Notes: generated by a model not told the origin, from the letters alone. A stretch of 64,000 bases of DNA from Candidatus Bathyarchaeota archaeon (GCA_963760905.1 CAVXEQ010000005.1:100310-164309), one strand, 5' to 3'; numbered from the stretch's first letter, positions 1 through 9,955 are shown. Numbers and translations are program-made.

Positions 1-112
1 TTAAAAATGGCTATATAAATCCGAGGCCACAGGTTTGCAACACCCAGACATGCTTGGTTCTAGAAAATATTGTTGGAAATAGTGAGGGACGTAAAAAACG
101 CTGGTTACCTAA

Positions 113-712
113 CTATTTCACTGCTACTTTGTGCTTTTTAGGCGCTGGTGCGATTGTCTTCTTTGGGATGCAGACTTCAAGTAATCCATCCTTAAATGTG
201 GATTCGGCTTTCTCAGGGACTACTTCTTGGGGGAACGCAAGTTGTTTGTATACATGCGAGTAAACGCGTTCTCTAACAACAAAACTCTTCCCTTTGTCTT
301 CCTTTTCAACATCTGTTTCAGCCGAGATTTCGATACCATCTTTCGTCAGGCTTACGTCAATCTTGTCTTTAGTTACGCCAGGCAATTCAGCATGCACTAC
401 AAACCTGTTTCCCTCGTCAACCAGATCAACAGTTGCTTCACGAACCGGAACAACAGGTTCAAGACTTATCCATTCGAATGGAAAAGCTATGCTTTCAATG
501 AAGTTTTTGCGAAAATTATCCATCAGATCGTCAAAGGTCGTCAGCACGTGGACTGCGGGAACTTGTTTGGCAGGAATTTGTTTGGCAATATGCTTTATGG
601 GTTTTACAGGTTTTGGGACCACTTCAGCTTTTGCGATCGCCTTCACCGGTGCCTTTTTTTCTTCTTTACTCATTTTTTTCACCTCGATTAACTTGTTATT
701 GGAATCCAACAT
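113..712 (-). CDS. hsp20: Small heat-shock protein, Hsp20/alpha-crystallin family
   Basis: 199-aa ORF with an alpha-crystallin domain (VDLVDEGNRFVVHAELPGVTKDKIDVSL...FKDGLLEVCIPKK). The more likely start is the ATG at 673 (MSKEEKK), preceded by GAGGTGA at 679-685. Confidence 0.9.
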   Translation of the reverse strand: MLDSNNKLIEVKKMSKEEKKAPVKAIAKAEVVPKPVKPIKHIAKQIPAKQVPAVHVLTTFDDLMDNFRKNFIESIAFPFEWISLEPVVPVREATVDLVDEGNRFVVHAELPGVTKDKIDVSLTKDGIEISAETDVEKEDKGKSFVVRERVYSHVYKQLAFPQEVVPEKAESTFKDGLLEVCIPKKTIAPAPKKHKVAVK

Positions 713-715
713 GCA

Positions 716-874
716 CTATCTCTGTTCTTTCTGCAACTGGAGTCTTGTCGCAATTTCTTTGGAGAGTTTTTCAAGTCCTCTAGCCAACTCTGCACTGTCA
801 ACCTCGGCTAGCGAGTAAAACTTGCCTTCTTTGTCGACGAATCCGAACTCCAAGTTTCTGTTTCGATCAACCAA
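716..874 (-). CDS. Hypothetical small protein (52 aa, TTG start) directly upstream of hsp20
   Basis: Hand-translated and absent from the ORF track (<60 aa): (M)VDRNRNLEFGFVDKEGKFYSLAEVDSAELARGLEKLSKEIATRLQLQKEQR. GGGGGTGA lies 4 nt upstream of the TTG. The stop is 3 nt before the longest hsp20 ORF. Confidence 0.3.
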   Translation of the reverse strand: MVDRNRNLEFGFVDKEGKFYSLAEVDSAELARGLEKLSKEIATRLQLQKEQR

Positions 875-1118
875 TGTTTCACCCCCATCAAAAATCTAAT
901 TATTTGATGGGACTTTCTCATGATGTACTGCTTTCGGTAATCACAGCAAGATTCAAAACCTCTTTTGCTCCAATTTCTAAAACGGGGGGACCTCAGCTAT
1001 TAGCCCCTCACGCAACCTTAATCTTCAAGTGTCCAGGGCTAGCTGGCTTCCCCTAATGCCTTTCCACGAAAGGCCACCAAAATGGAGTTATTAGGAGGCA
1101 ATATAGGGAGTGGGCGTA

Positions 1119-1259
1119 CTATTTTTTGTCAATCCACGTTTTTACTGCTTCTTCGACAGCACGGGAGAGGTCGCCTTTTTTCCCGCCAAATTTTTCTACG
1201 GTTTTCAATCTGAATTGCTTTTCCAAATCGTCCGGTAGATCAACGCTAATGCGACCCAT
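1119..1259 (-). CDS. Ribbon-helix-helix (CopG/Arc-like) small DNA-binding protein, 46 aa
   Basis: Hand-translated: MGRISVDLPDDLEKQFRLKTVEKFGGKKGDLSRAVEEAVKTWIDKK. It shows the typical RHH pattern of an N-terminal beta-strand followed by two helices. Not on the ORF track. Confidence 0.55.
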   Translation of the reverse strand: MGRISVDLPDDLEKQFRLKTVEKFGGKKGDLSRAVEEAVKTWIDKK

Positions 1260-1614
1260 ATTCAATCACTTGTTTTGTTAAGTATTTTATGCACGACTTT
1301 AAACGTGCTAGATGCCTTTCTGATACGTGGATTGCCAAGCACCCGATTTTGGCCGTACTTTTGGCATCATTTTTCATGTGCTCCAATTCGCTTATCCACA
1401 CAAACTACTATGTGCATACGCACTTATAAACATACGCATTTATACGCTTAATCGCTTAAGCTGGCAACTTTCCAAAGCTTTCAGACGCATCTAAAATCTC
1501 GAAATGTGAGTAAAATACAGTCCGTAATGCCCTTATTTTATGATCTTGCGCGCTCACTGGTTTGTCCCAAAATTATTATATTTGTGCGCGCTTAATTTCA
1601 ATTGGAGGTATTTT

Positions 1615-1950
1615 ATGGCACGCAGCATTAAACTTTTAGTCTATCCGGTTAAGGATGTAGAAAAAGCTAAGGCATTTTTTGGAAACTTTCTAGACATAGA
1701 GCCGTATGTCGCAAGCGCCTATTATGTAGGTTATAGGGTTGGCGAAATGGAAGTCGGCTTAGACCCTAACTCTAAGGTAGGACCTATTGCTTATACTGAT
1801 GTAGAGGATATCCAAAGCAGTCTTCAAGCACTGACCCAGGCCGGTGCTGAGATTGTCCAGGACGCTAAAAACGTTGGCGGGGGCTTGTTGATTGCACAAG
1901 TTAAAGACGCTAACGGTAACGTGGTTGGGCTAAGACAACAATCAAAGTAG
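1615..1950 (+). CDS. VOC (glyoxalase/bleomycin-resistance) family protein
   Basis: ATG at 1615 preceded by GGAGG (1604-1608). The protein MARSIKLLVYPVKDVEKAKAFF...GGGLLIAQVKDANGNVVGLRQ has a glyoxalase-fold pattern. Confidence 0.75.
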   Translation: MARSIKLLVYPVKDVEKAKAFFGNFLDIEPYVASAYYVGYRVGEMEVGLDPNSKVGPIAYTDVEDIQSSLQALTQAGAEIVQDAKNVGGGLLIAQVKDANGNVVGLRQQSK

Positions 1951-1995
1951 CTCGCACGCGCACTATATATGGGTCGAAGCATTCGCAGTTGCAGC

Positions 1996-2353
1996 TCAAT
2001 GAACAAGAGCAATTAGAACCTTCTCGTTAACTTCGTCGCCCTCATAGAAGCCAAGGGCACGCCTTGTATTACCTTCGAGGCACGAATTGAAAAGGTGAAA
2101 GGGGTCTTTCAACGACGCACCCTTGGCGAAGCTTATCCTCACGACGCTCTTGTACGTCTCGCCAGTGCAGAACAATCCATTATGAGACCATGTACTCGCC
2201 CTCTCCACTTCCAGTCTTCAACGATTTCGGGATCGGCTTGCTCGATGAGAGCGCGGAGGCATGAGAGCATCTTCCCTCGCCAGTCACCAAGCTCCTCGAT
2301 TCTAGCATCTATCAACTGAAACGAGGATTCGCCTTCGGCAAACGGTTTTCCAT
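1996..2353 (-). pseudogene. DUF1801 (YdhG-like) domain gene disrupted by frameshifts
   Basis: Three reading frames together give ME / KPFAEGESSFQLIDARIEELGDWRGKMLSCLRALIEQADPEIVEDWKWRG / TWSHNGLFCTGETYKSVVRISFAKGASLKDPFHLFNSCLEGNTRRALGFYEGDEVNEKVLIALV. One frame switch sits next to the A-run just after the ATG (2353). The other is near 2200-2210. Confidence 0.55.
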
Positions 2354-2581
2354 ACCTATTAAGATAACCTCAATTGTTTTAACGTCTTGAATACCTATCG
2401 TGCACTTTAACTGAATAAAGCTATTTTTAAAGCACCGTGCTGGTTCAGAACCTTCACCTAACAAAGCTTAAGGATTTGTGGAATCCATATTGGATGTTGT
2501 CAACTAGAAAACTACGAGTGATCTTAGAAATAAAAAGAAAAGGGGCTTCTGAGAACTTGCTGGTCATTAAAGTAATATTTA

Positions 2582-5173
2582 TCATTTATTGGTAAATACA
2601 AGTTTACCGTTCGTCTCATCGACAACAATTACCGAGTTTTTATCGACTTTTTCCTCCAAGATCATTTTTGACAATTCGTTCAACAAGTTTTTTTGGATAA
2701 CACGTTTTATTGGCCTCGCACCGAATTGAGGGTCAAAACCGATGGTGGCAATATAATCCACGGCTTTCTTAGTGATCGTCAGTTTGATGCTACCCTTTTC
2801 AAGCATCTTCTGGATGATTTTAAGCTGAAGTTCTACTATTCTCCGCACTTCCGCTCGCGTCAGCGATTGAAACATTATTATCTCATCGATACGATTCAGG
2901 AATTCGGGCTTAATGCTTTTCTTCAGCAAATCAAAGACTTGTCTTCGTGTTTGATTTAAGATTTCTTCACGGTTTTCCTCATTTACTTTTTCCAAGTTTT
3001 CTTGAATTATATGAGAACCGATATTAGAGGTCATTATTATTATTGTATTTTTGAAATCCACGGTCCGACCCTTGTTATCAGTCAATCTACCATCGTCAAG
3101 CACCTGAAGCAATATATTAAAAACATCCGGATGTGCTTTCTCAATCTCGTCGAGAAGCACAACGGAATAAGGTTTTCTCCTAATCGCTTCAGTTAGCTGT
3201 CCACTTTCCTCATAACCTACGTATCCTGGGGGCGCACCAATTAATCTTGAAACAGTATGCCGTTCTTGATATTCAGACATATCAATTCTAACTATACTAT
3301 TTTCGTTATTGAATAGGAATTCAGCTAAAGCTTTTGCTAACTCGGTTTTTCCAACCCCCGTAGTACCCAAGAAGATAAAAGATCCAATTGGACGTTTGGG
3401 ATCCTGCAAGCCTGCACGGTTTCTCCTAATAGCATCCGATACTGCATTGATTGCTTCATCCTGTCCGACAACCCGCATGTGAAGTTCTGTCTCTAAGTTG
3501 AGCAATTTCTGTTTCTCGCTTTGGAGCATTCGGCTAACTGGGATCCCTGTCCAGCGGCAAACTACTTCAGCAATCTCTTCAGCATCAACTTCTTCATTAA
3601 CCATGGCTGATTCTTTCTGCAACTCTGACAGTTTTTTCTTCAGAATCTTAATTGCTTTTTCTGCTTCTGGAATTTTTCCGTATCGAATTTCTGCGATCTT
3701 TCCCAGATCGCCATTTCGGTTTGCGCTTTCTTCTTCAAATTTAAGTTGTTCGATTTCATTCTTTTTTATCTGAATCTGGTCAACTACATCCTTTTCAGAC
3801 TGCCATTTAGCTCGAAGCTGATTACGTTCTTCGCTAAGATTCGCGATCTCTGTATTAAGAGATTTAAGTTTCGCCTCGTCTTTCTCAAGTTTAATGGCTT
3901 CACGTTCAATTTCTAGCTGGCGAATCTTACGGTCTATTGTCTCTAGTTCTTCAGGAGCCGAATTAATTTCCAATCGAAGTTTTGATGCAGCCTCATCAAT
4001 CAAGTCGATTGCTTTATCAGGAAGAAACCGGTCGGAAATATATCTCTGTGAAAGTTCGACAGCGGCAATTATAGCTTCATCCTTGATCCTAACATGATGG
4101 TATATTTCATAACGCTCTTTTAGACCTCGAAGAATAGAAATAGCATCTAACGTATCTGGTTCATTGACCATAACCGGTTGGAACCGTCTTTCAAGAGCTT
4201 TGTCTTTTTCAAAATACTTCTGGTATTCGTTTAAGGTAGTGGCACCTATTGCACGTAATTCTCCCTTAGCTAGAGCTGGTTTTAGAATGTTTGCTGCGTC
4301 CATTGCGCCTTCACCACCACCAGCTCCGACGAGCGTATGAATTTCGTCGATAAATAGTACTATTTCGCCTTCAGCTGAAACAACTTCCTTGACAACGCTT
4401 TTCAACCTCTCTTCAAATTCACCCTTATATTTTGCACCGGCAATAAGAGCGCTCATATCTAGTGAATAAATTTGCTTTGATTTCAGATTCTCGGGCACAT
4501 CTCCATTGATTATGCGGTGAGCTAGTCCCTCTGCGATTGCGGTTTTGCCAACACCAGGCTCTCCAATTAGAATTGGATTGTTTTTTGTTCTTCGGGAAAG
4601 TATCTGAAGGACTCTTCGGATCTCCTCATCGCGACCAATGACAGGATCGAGTTTTCCCTTTCTAGCCATATCATTTAGGTTCACCGCATATTTATTCAAT
4701 GAATTGTAGGTTTCTTCTGCAGTTTGAGAATTAACAGTTGATCCTTTCCTCAATTGTTTGATTGCTATCCTCAGGTCTTTTTCAGTGATGCCGTTATTTT
4801 TGAGCAATCTTGAAGTGGCATCATTTAGAGTTAAAATGCCCAGCAGTAGATGCTCGATAGAAATGAACTCATCCTTGAATTCTGAAGCTATCTCTGATGC
4901 CTTCTGGAGGGCTCGATTAGAATTAGATGATAGATATTGTTGCCCACCACTAACCTTAGGTAAGCAATCAATTAACTTATCAAGCTCCTTTGAAAAAACA
5001 TCAAGATTTACATTTAATTTCCTCAATAAATAGGGAGCTACATTTTCATCAACTATCAATATTCCTTTCAATAAATGTGATGGTTCAATTGATTGGTTCT
5101 GTTTTGCCGTAGCAATTTCTGTGGCTTTCTGAATGGCTTCTTGCGATTTAATGGTAAAATTGTCCAAGTTCAT
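2582..5173 (-). CDS. clpB: ATP-dependent chaperone/disaggregase ClpB
   Basis: 863 aa with an N-terminal Clp repeat domain and two AAA+ modules (Walker A GEPGVGKT and GTTGVGKT). A long coiled-coil middle domain separates them. Confidence 0.97.
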   Translation of the reverse strand: MNLDNFTIKSQEAIQKATEIATAKQNQSIEPSHLLKGILIVDENVAPYLLRKLNVNLDVFSKELDKLIDCLPKVSGGQQYLSSNSNRALQKASEIASEFKDEFISIEHLLLGILTLNDATSRLLKNNGITEKDLRIAIKQLRKGSTVNSQTAEETYNSLNKYAVNLNDMARKGKLDPVIGRDEEIRRVLQILSRRTKNNPILIGEPGVGKTAIAEGLAHRIINGDVPENLKSKQIYSLDMSALIAGAKYKGEFEERLKSVVKEVVSAEGEIVLFIDEIHTLVGAGGGEGAMDAANILKPALAKGELRAIGATTLNEYQKYFEKDKALERRFQPVMVNEPDTLDAISILRGLKERYEIYHHVRIKDEAIIAAVELSQRYISDRFLPDKAIDLIDEAASKLRLEINSAPEELETIDRKIRQLEIEREAIKLEKDEAKLKSLNTEIANLSEERNQLRAKWQSEKDVVDQIQIKKNEIEQLKFEEESANRNGDLGKIAEIRYGKIPEAEKAIKILKKKLSELQKESAMVNEEVDAEEIAEVVCRWTGIPVSRMLQSEKQKLLNLETELHMRVVGQDEAINAVSDAIRRNRAGLQDPKRPIGSFIFLGTTGVGKTELAKALAEFLFNNENSIVRIDMSEYQERHTVSRLIGAPPGYVGYEESGQLTEAIRRKPYSVVLLDEIEKAHPDVFNILLQVLDDGRLTDNKGRTVDFKNTIIIMTSNIGSHIIQENLEKVNEENREEILNQTRRQVFDLLKKSIKPEFLNRIDEIIMFQSLTRAEVRRIVELQLKIIQKMLEKGSIKLTITKKAVDYIATIGFDPQFGARPIKRVIQKNLLNELSKMILEEKVDKNSVIVVDETNGKLVFTNK

Positions 5174-5514
5174 TTATGGCATCCACACTTATCGAGTATT
5201 TTCGAATATAAGTATACGCGGTATTCTAAATAAACAAATAATTTCATACTTTATATAGTATGATAGTTGACAAGTAAAATATTTGGTTACTGGTAGTCAT
5301 AGCGCATGCTGTATATTCTATTTTTACCAGTAAAAATTTTGCCCTGTTTTGCCTTGATTTCAGAAATATCTACAAATAACCCAATTACGCCTATTTAGAC
5401 AAAATGACTTCAAAAACTGTCTTAAAAAATGGCGTCGGGAGAGAAGTTGGTGTGACCTCACAGTCACACATCCTTAATTCTGCAAAGTATTACTTGGATT
5501 TAGAGGTGAAGTGA

Positions 5515-5652
5515 ATGCCTGACGAGAAGAAAAAAGTTGAAAATGCTGCTGAAAAAACTGGAGAAGCAGTCGGCAAAGGCATCAAGAAAGGCGCCAAAGC
5601 CGTAAGCGACTTCGGAAAGGGAATAAAAAAAGAAATAAAGAAGAAAGAATAG
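5515..5652 (+). CDS. Small lysine-rich hypothetical protein (45 aa)
   Basis: Hand-translated: MPDEKKKVENAAEKTGEAVGKGIKKGAKAVSDFGKGIKKEIKKKE. GAGGTGA lies 5 nt upstream of the ATG. The gene is divergent from clpB. Confidence 0.4.
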   Translation: MPDEKKKVENAAEKTGEAVGKGIKKGAKAVSDFGKGIKKEIKKKE

Positions 5653-6111
5653 CAAAGCAAAATCCCCCTTTCTCATCAATTAACATGACGGTAATGATTT
5701 GAGAATCTTCATGAAATCGAAGGCCTGATCAAACTGGCAAAAGAAAATGGATGCCAGGATATCAGCGGCAATAGCCCATGAATACTTTAATGTCAAAGCG
5801 TCCACACAGGCATCAAAAGAAAAGGCGTGGGTTCGCTGAAAAAATTGGTTGCTATGAAAAAGAAGGGGCACCCGCTTGTGAATTCAATCAGTTGTTTTAA
5901 AGTCGTGGCAAAGGAGAAGAAATGGAAATGCAAACCATGGGTCATGATTAATGGACAGGCACAAAACCTATCCATAACGGCTTCTCCATCTACACTCTCA
6001 AAGATACACTAAACTAACGGGGTATCTCCAATTCTGAAGACTCTAACTGCCCTTCAATTGGATGCCGTCCATAAAACGAAACGTCAGATGCTTATTTAAT
6101 CAACAATTTTC

Positions 6112-7713
6112 TTACGTTTTAGAATCGTTTTTATCTTTAGCCGCTTTTTCTCTAGAAACTTTTTTGTTCTGGAAATCTTTTTTATCTTTAGCCGCTTTTT
6201 CTCTAGAAACTTTTTTGTTCTGGAAATCTTTTTTATCTTTAGCCGCTTTTTGTTTAAAATCTTTTTTGTTCCTATCCCTTTGTTCGATGCGATCACTTTT
6301 GTCACTGTCAGTTTTTTGTTTAAAATCTTTTCTGTCACTGTCTCTTTGTTCTTTGTAATCACTTTCGTTACTATCACTTAGTTTCTCGAAGTCTTTTCGG
6401 TCACTGTCAGTTTTCTCCTCAAAATCTTTCCTGTTAGCATCCCTTTGTTCTTTGTAATCACTTTCGTTACTATCACTTAGTTTCTCGAAGTCTTTTCGGT
6501 CACTGTCAGTTTTCTCCTCAAAATCTTTCCTGTTAGCATCCCTTTGTTCTTTGTAATCACTTTCGTTACTATCACTTAGTTTCTCGAAGTCTTTTCGGTC
6601 ACTGTCAGTTTTCTCCTCAAAATCTCTTTGATTACTGTCAGTTTGTGCCTTGAAATCTTTTTTATCTTTTTTCGTTTTCTCCTTAAAAGCTCTATTCAAC
6701 AACTTTTCGGCAATAGTTCCTAATCCATACAACTGGAAAAAGACAAAAGAAACCACCAATCTGAACCAGAAATTGGCAAATCCAGCCAGCAAACTCGAAG
6801 CCTGCGCCAGCGAAATATTGATACCAAGAACTTGATAAAGCTGACTGGAAATTATTTGCGAAAACCCAGCAAGAGCCACACCTTGCCCCCTAATATTATT
6901 TACTATAGTATTTGTAATCACAATCCTATCTACGCCAACCATTGACCCTAAAGCTACGAAGACCACAAACAAAGCTATAATGTCGAAAATCCACGTTATG
7001 GTTTGAAAAACGAGCGGTTTCACCATGGCTCTTGGGTGGTTCTTCATCGACATTATTCCATCATGGAAGTCAGTTATTTTACTTTCAAGATCGGCAGAGT
7101 TGAAGGGCTTGGCCTTAACTCTTGCTACTAGCTTTACAACTACTTGAAGGAGTTTTTTAGTTGCTGAAACATTGGTGCTTAAATAAATTATTAGAAAAAG
7201 CGGCAATGCCAAAAAGACCAGCGTGAGTCCTATGGCGATCAACAAGACGCTATTTACACTGTAATTTAGAACAAGGAGAATCATACCAACAATCAAGGAA
7301 CCTAACACAACTACAAGCTCAAGAACGTCTTTAATTATTATTGAAGCAAATGCTTTAGATCCATCAACACCTTTGTCTTTGCTTATTAAGTAAGTTATGA
7401 AAACGTCTCCTGACCAACCTCCCGGGATAATACAATCAAGGAAAGCTCCAACCCAACTGAGATTAAAGACTCTTCTAAACGTAGTTTTTACTGAAACACT
7501 ATCAAGTGTGGCCTTCCAAGTTAACGCATTAAACACCGCTCCGCCTATCACGCATACAAAAGCTAGAAGATAGATTGGGACGTTAATGCCTTCAATAACT
7601 GCTGCAACCTGTCTTAAATCTGTGAAGAAAAGGAAGTAGAGTATAAAAATAACGAAACTAAGCACTGCTAATAGAGTGACCCACTTTTTGAATTCTGGCT
7701 TCTGCGTCAACAT
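6112..7713 (-). CDS. Flippase-like / lysylphosphatidylglycerol-synthase-TM (UPF0104) family membrane protein with a repetitive charged C-terminal tail
   Basis: 533 aa. The N-terminal ~330 aa are polytopic membrane segments of UPF0104 type. The C-terminal ~200 aa are K/D/E/S-rich tandem repeats with recurring KDF motifs. Confidence 0.75.
   Translation of the reverse strand: MLTQKPEFKKWVTLLAVLSFVIFILYFLFFTDLRQVAAVIEGINVPIYLLAFVCVIGGAVFNALTWKATLDSVSVKTTFRRVFNLSWVGAFLDCIIPGGWSGDVFITYLISKDKGVDGSKAFASIIIKDVLELVVVLGSLIVGMILLVLNYSVNSVLLIAIGLTLVFLALPLFLIIYLSTNVSATKKLLQVVVKLVARVKAKPFNSADLESKITDFHDGIMSMKNHPRAMVKPLVFQTITWIFDIIALFVVFVALGSMVGVDRIVITNTIVNNIRGQGVALAGFSQIISSQLYQVLGINISLAQASSLLAGFANFWFRLVVSFVFFQLYGLGTIAEKLLNRAFKEKTKKDKKDFKAQTDSNQRDFEEKTDSDRKDFEKLSDSNESDYKEQRDANRKDFEEKTDSDRKDFEKLSDSNESDYKEQRDANRKDFEEKTDSDRKDFEKLSDSNESDYKEQRDSDRKDFKQKTDSDKSDRIEQRDRNKKDFKQKAAKDKKDFQNKKVSREKAAKDKKDFQNKKVSREKAAKDKNDSKT
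6131..6255 (-). repeat. About 2.4 x 51-bp in-frame tandem repeat (17-aa unit KAAKDKKDFQNKKVSRE)
   Basis: The string ttatctttag recurs at 6131, 6182 and 6233, giving a 51-bp period. Confidence 0.85.
6331..6627 (-). repeat. 3 x 99-bp in-frame tandem repeat (33-aa unit KDFEEKTDSDRKDFEKLSDSNESDYKEQRDANR)
   Basis: The string actttcgtta recurs at 6361, 6460 and 6559, giving a 99-bp period. The copies are almost identical. Confidence 0.9.
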
Positions 7714-7782
7714 ACAGTTTTCCTTAATCTTGCCTAAGCTGTAATCTTTTTAACTTAATTTGATCAAGAGAGGAGGGTGTGG

Positions 7783-7941
7783 TTATTTCCAAAGCTTTTT
7801 GCCAGTCAGAAGCCAAACCAGTACCAAGACTACGGCTATCACAAGCAGTATGTGTATTAACGCACCTACGCCTGGCAAAGCAAAGAACCCAATCAACCAA
7901 AGTATTATAATAACAGCAGCAATCGTCAATAACGTATTCAT
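7783..7941 (-). CDS. lmo0937-family small membrane protein (52 aa)
   Basis: Hand-translated: MNTLLTIAAVIIILWLIGFFALPGVGALIHILLVIAVVLVLVWLLTGKKLWK. This matches the LGF...G.LIHILLVIA pattern of that family. The listed plus-strand ORF 7760..7969 is its shadow. Confidence 0.65.
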   Translation of the reverse strand: MNTLLTIAAVIIILWLIGFFALPGVGALIHILLVIAVVLVLVWLLTGKKLWK

Positions 7942-8063
7942 AACTAACTTCACTACCTTACAAACGTGATTGAGCGAGTTAAAGGTGCGTGACTGTTAGC
8001 CTACACCTACATTCTAACGGTTCTGATTTACAAACTAAAAAGAAGACGACCTGAGTTTTTGGG

Positions 8064-8849
8064 TTAGTTATCGGCTTTTTTCCAGTCCGATTCAAAACCT
8101 GTTCTTAATACGCCGATAAGGTTGCTGTTGTTTGTCCACAAAGAAGGGCTTTCACCTAAACCGCTTTCTTTGGAAGTGGTAATCAACGCTTCTTTATCGT
8201 CAGACATAATGAAGTGATTCAAAGCTTCACGATGAAACTTAACGTGAACTGAAGCGCCATTGACGAGTTTTTGGACTTTTTCTTTAAGCAAATTGTCTGG
8301 GCTTTCTCCTTCAAAAAGCAGCCGAATCTGCGCTCCTTTCTTTATTGCATGTTTATGTTCATCCGAAAACTGAGCCAAAACCTGTGTGATTATTCCTTTG
8401 TCTGCAATCAAAGCGACTTCTTTTCTCGAATTTCTAATCAGTTCTGACGTTTTTGCCAGAATTGCTTTCTTTTCCGCTATCAGTATGTAGATGCTTTCTT
8501 CTCTGGGAGGCGGCTGCTTCCAATCTTTGAGAGATAGCTTCTGGACCATGCTTCTCATACCCATCAATCGTTCCTCGGATTTCTTTTTTTCTTCCGCCAC
8601 CAAGAAGCTTAAGGAATCCGAAATAAGGGTAGCCCGGACCTCAGTTGGTTTGCCTAGCAATCTCTCAACCAAGCCCATTTTTTCCAGTACCGGCAGAATT
8701 CTGTAGACATCTTCCCTGCGCACTTTCGAAAACTTCGCTACCTGCCCCACCGTAGTTTTTTCAAGTTTAAGTACGGCTAAGTACACCCTTGCCTGGTTAA
8801 GACTCAAACCCAAACCCAGGAGTAAATCAGTGTTTTCGTCGTTGGACAT
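8064..8849 (-). CDS. TrmB-family transcriptional regulator
   Basis: N-terminal winged HTH (LGLSLNQARVYLAVLKLEKTTVGQVAKFSKVRREDVYRILPVLEKMGLVE) followed by a TrmB-type C-terminal domain. Confidence 0.8.
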   Translation of the reverse strand: MSNDENTDLLLGLGLSLNQARVYLAVLKLEKTTVGQVAKFSKVRREDVYRILPVLEKMGLVERLLGKPTEVRATLISDSLSFLVAEEKKKSEERLMGMRSMVQKLSLKDWKQPPPREESIYILIAEKKAILAKTSELIRNSRKEVALIADKGIITQVLAQFSDEHKHAIKKGAQIRLLFEGESPDNLLKEKVQKLVNGASVHVKFHREALNHFIMSDDKEALITTSKESGLGESPSLWTNNSNLIGVLRTGFESDWKKADN

Positions 8850-9161
8850 TCTCAGCCTCGAAACATTTGTGTAAGAATTTGTATTTAACTTTCACGCATC
8901 TCTTAGCAAGATACGTAACTATCTCCGCTTTTCGGACAGCTGTGTTGGTTTTATTTTGAAGATTTTCACTTGTCTCAAAAACGCAAAATAGACTTTTGGG
9001 AGAACATGCGCAAAGCTATTAGAAATACAGCCGGAAAAATTTTGAGGTGTACGCTAAGCAGTAATTTCACAATTAGTCCGAAACTATGAGGCGTTTCAGG
9101 GACCTACGGGTGGAGGCTGAAAATGAACTGCCTGTTGCTATAGACAGGTTACTTTGGTTGC

Positions 9162-9362
9162 TTATTCGTCCTTGGGCTTTATACCTAGCTTAACGTTGAT
9201 CTCAACTGTGTATTCTTTACCGAGTCTTCCAACAGAAAAATGACAGTTCTTCACTTCAACATCCATATCCTTGAAATGATTCATTACTGAGTCCTTATAT
9301 TCACTAACAGTTTGGCCTATTTTCTGCAACCGTTCATTTACATCAATATGTTTATCAGACAT
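9162..9362 (-). CDS. Hypothetical small protein (66 aa)
   Basis: ORF with balanced composition, on the same strand as the two genes upstream. No family recognised. Confidence 0.4.
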   Translation of the reverse strand: MSDKHIDVNERLQKIGQTVSEYKDSVMNHFKDMDVEVKNCHFSVGRLGKEYTVEINVKLGIKPKDE

Positions 9363-9474
9363 TCAATTGCATATCCAAGAGGCAATACATCTTAACGTTA
9401 ACCTGTATACAGTCCTTAAGGCTATGTGATGATTAACTGGGAGTTAACACCGACTAGACCTTGGGCTTGGCAAC

Positions 9475-9810
9475 TCAAGTTTGCTTTGTTCTTAATTGCT
9501 TCCTTATGAAGACGAAAAGCACCAATAACAGCAATGCGCCAATGACGCCTGAAGTTAATCCCATTACGTCCCAAGCCTGCCACACTGGCATGAAAGTGCT
9601 AAGATACTTCAGCTGCCCGATGAGCAAAAAGAGGGCAGCAGATCCGATTAATGAAATTACTATTGCTAATAAAACACTGACAATTATGCCTGAAATCAGA
9701 AGCCTTTGGAGACGTTTCTTAAGAGTAGCCTCCGTTTCATGTATATACTCGCTGAGAACAGCTTTTATCTCCTTGAACAATGTGTCGATAATTTCCCTTA
9801 TGAATGCCAA
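9475..9810 (-). CDS. Two-TM membrane protein, Holin-X/DUF1469-like
   Basis: 111 aa with an amphipathic N-terminus followed by two hydrophobic helices. The family assignment is from memory of the architecture only. Confidence 0.5.
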   Translation of the reverse strand: MAFIREIIDTLFKEIKAVLSEYIHETEATLKKRLQRLLISGIIVSVLLAIVISLIGSAALFLLIGQLKYLSTFMPVWQAWDVMGLTSGVIGALLLLVLFVFIRKQLRTKQT

Positions 9811-9955
9811 CTAGTTTTCACCCCTTCGCCCAAAGAGCAATCCGATCAAAACCAACCGCCAATGGATCAACTTTAAAGTCAAATTATACACCTGAAGTCT
9901 CTCAAAGAAAAGTTTGAGTAACTCTAACAAAGTTTCAAAAAGAGAGAGAGAGGGA

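Noticed and set aside
960-1110. GC-richer intergenic stretch with the hairpin GCCTTTC-CAC-GAAAGGC (about 1058-1075), considered as a structured ncRNA or terminator
   Set aside because: There is no flanking T-run and no recognisable RNA family signature. A single hairpin is insufficient evidence.
5680-6012. Overlapping short ORFs on both strands. The plus frames read …LHEIEGLIKLAKENGCQDIS / ISAAIAHEYFNVKASTQASKEKAWVR / …KKLVAMKKKGHPLV, which could be a frameshifted gene relic
   Set aside because: No family is recognised and the fragments are short. A relic cannot be distinguished from noise without a database search.
6062-6377. ORFs 6062..6358 (+) and 6096..6377 (-) with repetitive peptides, and the question of whether the regular repeats here form a CRISPR array
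   Set aside because: They are alternative-frame or antisense shadows of the in-frame 99-bp and 51-bp coding repeats within the 533-aa membrane protein. The units are directly adjacent with no unique spacers, so this is not a CRISPR array.
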